DNA of 64,000 nucleotides from a virus (Duplodnaviria; Caudoviricetes): IMG/VR virus record IMGVR_UViG_3300046817_000863, positions 242 to 64,241 of that record; one strand, 5' to 3'. Shown piece by piece: positions 57,905 to 64,000 of this stretch (position 1 is its first letter; each line of letters starts with the position of its first letter). The notes under the pieces were generated by a model. It saw only the letters and a program-made list of their open reading frames with translations, ran no database searches and was not told where the DNA came from. The position numbers and the translations under genes were made by a program.

Positions 57905-57964
57905 CTAGGTTCCCCAGACCAGAACAAATTCGATTAGTTGGTAAACGAAATCGAAATCAAACAT
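57905..57964 (-). CDS. 19-aa peptide 2, MFDFDFVYQLIEFVLVWGT
   Basis: AAGGAGG SD; paralogue of peptide 1. Confidence 0.8.
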   Translation of the reverse strand: MFDFDFVYQLIEFVLVWGT

Positions 57965-58021
57965 TCTGTTGCTCCTCCTTTTTTTTTCGGTAAAGCCTCA
58001 GGTACAACACCCGAGTCCAGG

Positions 58022-58081
58022 TTAGGAGCCCCAGATAATAACGAAATCGATCAAGCCAGCCAGAAAGCTAAAGTCAAACAT
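58022..58081 (-). CDS. 19-aa peptide 1, MFDFSFLAGLIDFVIIWGS
   Basis: AAGGAG SD; start overlaps the end of the cro-like gene. Confidence 0.8.
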   Translation of the reverse strand: MFDFSFLAGLIDFVIIWGS

Positions 58082-58325
58082 TTGCTAAGTCTCCTTTCTT
58101 TTTTCTTCGTGCCGGCCTGAACTCCTCGAAACCAGGGCACTCGAGCGCCGCCAGTTCCTTCTCCACCCTCCTGCCCCTGCTGGCAGACTCGCGCTTCAGA
58201 ATCAGCTCCACAAAAGTGCGTGAAACTTGACACTTCGCGGCGATAGTACTCACAGCAAGGCGATTACGATAGCGCCATAGCGCTATCGCCTCATCAGGTG
58301 TTAGTGTTTGGTGTGACAGTGTCAT
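58074..58325 (-). CDS. Cro-like HTH regulator
   Basis: AVSTIAAKCQVSRTFVELIL; first gene of the leftward early operon. Confidence 0.7.
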   Translation of the reverse strand: MTLSHQTLTPDEAIALWRYRNRLAVSTIAAKCQVSRTFVELILKRESASRGRRVEKELAALECPGFEEFRPARRKKKGDLANV

Positions 58326-58343
58326 CCGGTAGTACGTGATCAC

Positions 58344-58372
58344 AGGTTATAGGGATTTAGGGGTAAGGTCAA
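58344..58372 (-). promoter_or_regulatory. Leftward early promoter
   Basis: TTGACC-17-TAACCT. Confidence 0.6.
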
Positions 58373-58438
58373 TACCCAGGTGCCTGGGTTTACGGGTAAG
58401 TGTTTCACCCTAAAGGAAATATAAATATTTGGTGGTAT

Positions 58439-58783
58439 ATGCCGACTGGACCAGGTAAAACGAAGACATCGATTGAGATTGAGTCAGAGCTGTGGATTGA
58501 GGCCCAGATTGCGGCCATACGACGCAGGCGCAACGTCAGGACGATGGTAGAGGAGAGCTTACGGCTGTGGATGCAGGCAGGAGAGGTTGCCGGCGAGGTG
58601 GTGATCCCTGCGCATCACCCAGTGACGCACGCAACGCCAGAGGAGCTGGAAGTCGCAGCAGCGGCCATTGCACTGCTCAGAGAGGGTAATCAGACCGCAA
58701 CGGAGATTCTGGACACGATGCTGAGGCGGTACAAGGGGAAGCTGGCGCTGAAGGCGGGGAAGGAATCGAGGAGGCGAGCCTAG
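58439..58783 (+). CDS. Ribbon-helix-helix-like regulator (candidate repressor)
   Basis: KTSIEIESELW..AQIAA......TMVEESLRLW; divergent from the cro-like gene. Confidence 0.7.
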   Translation: MPTGPGKTKTSIEIESELWIEAQIAAIRRRRNVRTMVEESLRLWMQAGEVAGEVVIPAHHPVTHATPEELEVAAAAIALLREGNQTATEILDTMLRRYKGKLALKAGKESRRRA

Positions 58784-59122
58784 AAACACGAAAGCCCCGA
58801 AGCGTTTTCTCTCGCCGCGGGGCCTTTACGTGTCTTTCTTTGACGGTGCTCAAACGCATGGTACCCGATACCTGCGCTTCGCGTAATGGGGGTTTACGGG
58901 TTTAACGGTAATCCAAAAACACTAAAGCCCGCAGTGACCTGAGGCGGGTCGCGGCGGGCTTTGAGTGAGGCACAATGCGAAGTTGAATCGAAGTTGCCAT
59001 CAAGAATAGCACAGAAACACGAAACCCCCATCGCAGTTCGGAGGTTCTGCAGGTGGGGGCTCGTGGTGCTAAATGGTCGGTTCAGCTTTTTCAGGATACC
59101 CGCAAACCCCCGATCGGTGCAA
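58782..59122 (-). ncRNA. Three tandem promoter-hairpin-terminator units (candidate sRNAs)
   Basis: Three related hairpins ending GGG(C/G)TTT(C/A)GTGTTT on minus, each with an upstream -10. Confidence 0.5.
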
Positions 59123-59525
59123 CATCAGAAATGTGGGTTCCGGTATTGACGGGTAAGGCCAGCATGGGTGACTATATCCGTAGCTTGCCGGAAGGTAAGC
59201 CGGTCGGTTTGACGTAGCAGTCCAGGTGCTTTCGAGCTTAATTCCCTGGGGATCAGTTCCCGCCAGCAGCGATGCTGACGCGCCGTTTGCGATAAAGGAA
59301 TTGGTTGAACGTGCGGAGAGATCGTTAGGCCCTAGTCCCAGAACGGGACTATACACCCAGTCACCGCGGACCTGTAAGGCGCTGCACGCCGAAGTTGAAC
59401 ACGCAAGTGTTCGAGCGAAGTGCAGGTGACGACGCGAGGCGCTGGCTCCGGGGGAAATGTTCTCGAGCAGTAATCGTTGAGACACACGGCAAACTCCAAG
59501 GGGGTTTGTTCTACGTGTGCCTCGG
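59120..59525 (+). ncRNA. Large structured non-coding RNA (candidate)
   Basis: Nested helices; GGAA, GCGA, GCAA and UUCG loops; plus-strand G-U pairs. Confidence 0.6.
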
Positions 59526-59609
59526 CAAACACTCCACCAAAAGAAATATACGCTTCTGAAGTTTGTCTTAACTGAGCTTTCTATTGAAACTAGTAGGAGG
59601 AAATCAAAC

Positions 59610-59957
59610 TTGCCCCGAATCACGGAGATCGGTCAAGCTTGCAGACACTGCGATACCCCGGTCATCAAACGCGACCACGGGAATAAAATCCCGCAGAGGA
59701 ACAAGGGCGGCTACTGGTTCGAATGGTGGCTGGCCTGCCCGAAGTGCAGTGCAGTCTATTTCCTGGAATCAGCGAAGCGTTACTACGTCGATCGCCCCAC
59801 ATCCGACACCATCGACAACCCCCGGATTGTCAAATACATGCGCCTTATCGAAGAGAGGCAAAGCGAAATCGCCGCCATGGAAAAGAAAATCGAGGAAGAA
59901 CTCGCCTTATTTCGCGCCGGTTTGACAAATAGGCGCAAGACAGGATTACACTGCTAG
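59610..59957 (+). CDS. Zinc-ribbon plus coiled-coil protein
   Basis: AGGAGG SD before TTG 59610; CRHC...CPKC. Confidence 0.7.
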   Translation: MPRITEIGQACRHCDTPVIKRDHGNKIPQRNKGGYWFEWWLACPKCSAVYFLESAKRYYVDRPTSDTIDNPRIVKYMRLIEERQSEIAAMEKKIEEELALFRAGLTNRRKTGLHC

Positions 59958-59963
59958 GGGAAA

Positions 59964-60242
59964 ATGCCAGCCAACCTTTCCGTCATTGCGAAGCCGAAAG
60001 ACACGATCACCCAAACTGAGCTGCGGTCACTGGCTGAATTAGAAGTAACTGTATGGAAAATGATGCATGACGTGCATCGCGCGATTGCCAGAATCGGGGA
60101 TCGGGTGGAGAATGGGGCCGAAGTGGAGTGTGGAGAGTTTGGATATTCGGGCGAAACAGGAATGATTTTGCCGAGAGGGAAAGCGATGATCTCTCTCGAG
60201 TTAGCGGCTACAGCCGTGCCACCAAAGCAAAACAGTGCCTGA
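59964..60242 (+). CDS. Hypothetical protein
   Basis: GGGG SD; RVENGAEVECG. Confidence 0.6.
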   Translation: MPANLSVIAKPKDTITQTELRSLAELEVTVWKMMHDVHRAIARIGDRVENGAEVECGEFGYSGETGMILPRGKAMISLELAATAVPPKQNSA

Positions 60243-60261
60243 TTGCTTATAAAGGCAGAAA

Positions 60262-60312
60262 AATAGCCCCAGAGATGCGCTTCCCGTCGCGGCTCTGGGG
60301 CTACCTTTTTTT
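60262..60312. terminator. Bidirectional terminator
   Basis: AAAA-TAGCCCCAGAG...CTCTGGGGCTA-CCTTTTTTT between convergent genes. Confidence 0.75.
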
Positions 60313-60356
60313 ACTTCTTACTACTTTGCTTCTACTACTTTACTGCTACTACTTCA

Positions 60357-63300
60357 TCAATGGACGCCTACAAATTGTGCAGGTTCCACCCCAATAACTG
60401 TTCCGGTCGAATTTGTGTGTTCAACCTGTACCACCGTCAGACGCCCCGGGATCCCGGAGATGTGAAGCGTACAGCCGGTTGAGCACGGGGTAGGTGAAAC
60501 CGCCTCCGCGAGCCATGAAAATGAATCGTACGGCGAAGTGTGAGCCTCATCGGTCACACATGCCTCGGAACTTTCAGTGCATTGGAAGGTCTTCGTTGTC
60601 CCCCATTTTGCTCTGGCGTGCGTTGCGCCGACGAGCGCAGGCACCTGAATCGATACGTTCGCGTTCCAAACTGAGCCCGTTTTCCCGCCTGGCAGGTTGG
60701 TCTTGCTCCAGTCGCGGATGTACGTGCTCCTGTCGGGCAAGTTCAGCGCCAGAGGCAGCGTAGAAACCCCGTTGGCGAAGTTTGCGCTGTGGGTGAGTAC
60801 TTTGTTGCCGAAAGAGTTAACGGACGGCTCTGAGAAGCCCTGTGTGAGCCCGGGAGGTGCCGTATACCCCATGAAGCTGAACCAGCGGCCGTTTTCGTAA
60901 TCGTCGGTCTGCCACATGTATTGTTCGAGGCCGCCCTCCATAGGCCCAAGCCATGATGCGAGAGGCTGCGACACGCCGTTGTTGGCGACGGGGATAGCGG
61001 CGTCGATGTCGATCCCGGGGCCCTTAAAGAACAACTCACCCAATGCGCTGCCTGCTACTCCGGAGGTGATCCCCGGGCGGTAGTTATAGCAGAGGGTGTA
61101 ATTGGGGGCCGTTCCCATGTTGCAATCGGGGCCGCTGCGGTCTTTGTAGACCCTGAGCCCCGCCAGCATGTAAATGGGTGAGAATTGCTTATACTTCTGC
61201 GCACGGCAGGCAGCATTGCAGTCAGGGTCGGATGTGCCGTTGAAGTCCCCGTGCTGGTACCGGTAAACGCTGGGCAGCGCCGCGACGGGAACAATCGTTC
61301 TGGCCTTGTCCTCGAAATTCAGCCCGCCTCCGGAATTGGCGAAATGATGCAAATCGATACCGGATCCGCGGTTCACCGAATCGCTTCTCCACGATGCAGC
61401 TTGCAGGTATGACTGGGTGAACCCGTTCCCGCCATACACCCCGCCGTACGATGGCCTTGCGACCTGGTGATATGAGGGCAACTGCCCGGTGTAGTACAGG
61501 GCATTGAGATCGCTCATATTGTTGACGGTGATGGCCGACGTATATCCGATCAGATGCTTCGTCCCGTTGGTGTTTTGCCCAGAGGTGCTGTGACCGGCGA
61601 ACTCCCCAACCTGGTTGATTATGTTGCTGGTAGTCCCACTGAGGTTCAGCTGCAGGCGTTTCGTGTACTCGTACCCATGGATGCCGGGGACCATGTTCCC
61701 CATCCACCCGTTCGTCAGCCAGAACTGGTTGTAGTAGTCGCCGGGGTTCGTATTTGCGGTATCGAGACAATTCGGGCCCAGCGGGGTGCCGAATGCCCCG
61801 TTGATTTGAATCTGATCCGCCCCGGGACATGAGTAGTATCGTGATCCGGAGCGAAGCGCCGTGAATTCAACATAGGCATCAGTGACCGCGTGAATCTTTA
61901 CAATTGTGAGTTTTTCGCAATCGTTACGATCGCCATCGACGCAGAGCTTACCGGACGCCTGCGACCACGTGAAAGAATCTCCCTCGATAGGCTTCCATTT
62001 CGCAGGCAATGCATGCATGCTCGAGTCCCATCCGCAGACGGGGTAGCCCAACGCAGCCATGTCGGTAGATCGGTTGCAGACCCAGTTTTTGCCTGCAGCA
62101 TCGCCGGAACCGGCCGCACGGATACGGACGTACTGGTTAGGAGCGTAGATGTACTGCTGAAGGCGAGCCTTGAAGTCTGCCGACGGGGTACCATCCCAGC
62201 GGCTCTTGTACTGAGTACTCGAAGACCCGGCTGCTGGCGGGGGAGGCCATTTGATCGAAGTATCGCAGCCCGCGTAAGACGTACCGGCTTTGCAAGCTGC
62301 GTCACCGATCCAGGTTCCATCCTGTGCCATAACCGCGATCGGCTTAAACATCGCTGGAGTACCAAGGATCCCCGAAGCGAACCCTTTGACTCCTGGCGCA
62401 TTGTTGCTGACGAGTACGGAGTTGGGGAATGTTGCATCCTGAAAGACTCCGTGACAGGCTCCCCACCGGAACTGTTCGATCCCACCCGCAGTCTCTGCCA
62501 GCATGTCTGAATCGCTCATGGTAGACAGGAACCGGATGAGTGTCGCCGATGGACGTGTTGTCATGTCGAAGGCAGCAATGAGGCATGGATTCGCGTCCTG
62601 CGTCCCTCCGTCATTTTTCAGGAATCCGATATTTCCCGACACTCCGACCCATTTCCAGCCGGATCCAGTATATTCGGGGTAATTGGCTGCGTAACTGGGA
62701 TATGCACGATTGACCTGCGAGAACACATCCATTGCGGGGGTGGAGCTCGCCGGGGTCATGTTTGTCCAGAGCACGTGTCCTGTCTGCCATGAAATCGCAT
62801 TCCCGTTGTAGGTCTGAGCCCATACTGTTCTGCAGGTGAACGCAGGCGCCCCGGTAGTGACACAAGCGGTTGGGTCAGAGACAGGGCTCGCGTCAAGCTC
62901 TCCCCTGAGGATGGCGAAACTGCCGCCGGCCGTCTTCGCATACGTGTACAGGACATTCGGATTAGAGTTGTCCCAGAATGCGTCCTGGTCGAACGGATCC
63001 TCACCTACCGGCCTGTCATTGGCGTTAGGGATACTCGTGTTGAACGAGTTGAACTGATCCCAGCTGAGCGATGTACGATAGATCGGTTTGACGTCGCGAT
63101 CATCCGCAATCCAGGTAACCGTGCGCGGGGAGTTCTTCATGGTAAACAGGCAGTTGCTGCCTTTTTTGCCATTGAGCACCAGCGGTACTGGCGAGCATGT
63201 AGCGGTCCCGGCCGTGCCTGGTGCCTGTCCGACCCTGCCAGCTACGGTGTACCTGCTGCCGATGCTGATCGTGCCAGTTGTCGTAGCCTTCCATATCCGG

Positions 63301-64000
63301 ATGCCGTACTGATAAGCGACAGCGCCCGTTATCGTTCCTGCTCTGGTGAGGGTATTTGCGGGTGCAGCCAGCTTGACCTGCCCATTGGGGAGAAGAGCGC
63401 CAACAGGGCAAAAATCACCAGGGCAGGAGACGTCGGCTACGCCGGGGATAAACAGATAGTTTCCTGCCAGACCTTCAGGGAGAAAGTTGGTGTCACCCCA
63501 GCCCTTCGCTGCCGTAACGACACCACCGGAAATGTCATAGATGGTGATGTCTTTGACGGGAAGCCGGTCGCTGGGAACGAACGTGTTCCACCCGATGTAT
63601 GCAGGCATTGGGTACTCTACCGGCCAGGGCGTGTTGCTCCGCGTCGACATCGTCGCGGCAAGAGTAGTCGAATTAGCAACGGGCGAATTGGACCCGGTTG
63701 GCAGCGGTATCTGAATGTAGGGGGTAGCGCTGTATTTCGGATCGCTGTTTGTGCCGCATGTGTCCGCAATCATGTCCATGGTGATGCAGGCATTTAACAC
63801 ACGATTGACTTCGGTAGCGTCGGTGCCTGACCCCCAAAGCTGGAATCCAAGTGCTTCCTGGATGGTCATGTTGTTGCTGTGGCGCACTCCTGAGGCGTCA
63901 CCAGGCATCAGGATCACCGAACTAGTGCCGGAAGTTGTAGCGTAGGAGCCCGGGCCGTTTATGCCATCGAGCGAGCCATCGGGGATCGTCCACCCAGCGC
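60357..64000 (-). CDS. Very large Cys/Gly/Thr-rich beta protein (adhesin-like), N-terminus beyond right edge
   Basis: Frame stays open upstream of 63917 to the edge; many Cys pairs; ends CSTGCTLHISGIPGR..VEH. Confidence 0.75.
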   Translation of the reverse strand, partial: AGWTIPDGSLDGINGPGSYATTSGTSSVILMPGDASGVRHSNNMTIQEALGFQLWGSGTDATEVNRVLNACITMDMIADTCGTNSDPKYSATPYIQIPLPTGSNSPVANSTTLAATMSTRSNTPWPVEYPMPAYIGWNTFVPSDRLPVKDITIYDISGGVVTAAKGWGDTNFLPEGLAGNYLFIPGVADVSCPGDFCPVGALLPNGQVKLAAPANTLTRAGTITGAVAYQYGIRIWKATTTGTISIGSRYTVAGRVGQAPGTAGTATCSPVPLVLNGKKGSNCLFTMKNSPRTVTWIADDRDVKPIYRTSLSWDQFNSFNTSIPNANDRPVGEDPFDQDAFWDNSNPNVLYTYAKTAGGSFAILRGELDASPVSDPTACVTTGAPAFTCRTVWAQTYNGNAISWQTGHVLWTNMTPASSTPAMDVFSQVNRAYPSYAANYPEYTGSGWKWVGVSGNIGFLKNDGGTQDANPCLIAAFDMTTRPSATLIRFLSTMSDSDMLAETAGGIEQFRWGACHGVFQDATFPNSVLVSNNAPGVKGFASGILGTPAMFKPIAVMAQDGTWIGDAACKAGTSYAGCDTSIKWPPPPAAGSSSTQYKSRWDGTPSADFKARLQQYIYAPNQYVRIRAAGSGDAAGKNWVCNRSTDMAALGYPVCGWDSSMHALPAKWKPIEGDSFTWSQASGKLCVDGDRNDCEKLTIVKIHAVTDAYVEFTALRSGSRYYSCPGADQIQINGAFGTPLGPNCLDTANTNPGDYYNQFWLTNGWMGNMVPGIHGYEYTKRLQLNLSGTTSNIINQVGEFAGHSTSGQNTNGTKHLIGYTSAITVNNMSDLNALYYTGQLPSYHQVARPSYGGVYGGNGFTQSYLQAASWRSDSVNRGSGIDLHHFANSGGGLNFEDKARTIVPVAALPSVYRYQHGDFNGTSDPDCNAACRAQKYKQFSPIYMLAGLRVYKDRSGPDCNMGTAPNYTLCYNYRPGITSGVAGSALGELFFKGPGIDIDAAIPVANNGVSQPLASWLGPMEGGLEQYMWQTDDYENGRWFSFMGYTAPPGLTQGFSEPSVNSFGNKVLTHSANFANGVSTLPLALNLPDRSTYIRDWSKTNLPGGKTGSVWNANVSIQVPALVGATHARAKWGTTKTFQCTESSEACVTDEAHTSPYDSFSWLAEAVSPTPCSTGCTLHISGIPGRLTVVQVEHTNSTGTVIGVEPAQFVGVH

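Noticed and set aside
59165-59352. Group I intron (GACUA/UAGUC P7-like words), group II intron, RNase P or tmRNA
   Set aside because: No interrupted gene, UAGUCCC pairs locally with GGGACUA, and no domain V, GAGGAAAGUCC or tRNA-like ends were seen
59922-59952. TTGACA...TACACT promoter
   Set aside because: The 19-nt spacer is too long for a confident call
60311-60356. TAC/CTA low-complexity tract
   Set aside because: Short and irregular, next to a terminator, with no supportable function
1-64000. Direct circular join of base 1 to base 64000 making one gene
   Set aside because: The frames differ (the right-hand ORF codons start at 63998), so sequence is missing between the ends

Overview
The whole window is one temperate tailed-phage genome segment with a podovirus-like gene order. 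The host is probably Acidobacteriota (Bryobacterales-like), inferred from the integrase/excisionase, SSB, PEP-CTERM and secreted-protein styles. Minus-strand late region (1-32.5 kb): adhesin-like proteins, lysis cassette, three ejection-type proteins, tail nozzle/adaptor, major capsid, scaffold, portal, TerL, a serine recombinase and TerS. Middle (33-39 kb): short plus-strand cassettes driven by leaderless sigma70-type promoters, then a tyrosine integrase with a candidate intact attP. Early region (40-58 kb, minus): radical SAM protein, C5 methyltransferase, prim-pol/helicase, initiator with iterons, SSB and ERF. A divergent switch lies at about 58.4 kb. Most notable: (1) two paralogous unannotated 19-aa peptides ending [IL][IV]WG[ST] directly behind the cro-like gene; (2) a ~750-nt non-coding locus with three tandem promoter-terminator sRNA-like units plus a ~400-nt highly structured RNA; (3) a C5 methyltransferase whose motifs are split over two fully overlapping reading frames that share one SD; (4) six late-region proteins with Sec-type signal peptides. 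All functional calls come from motif recognition by eye; no searches or folding programs were run.
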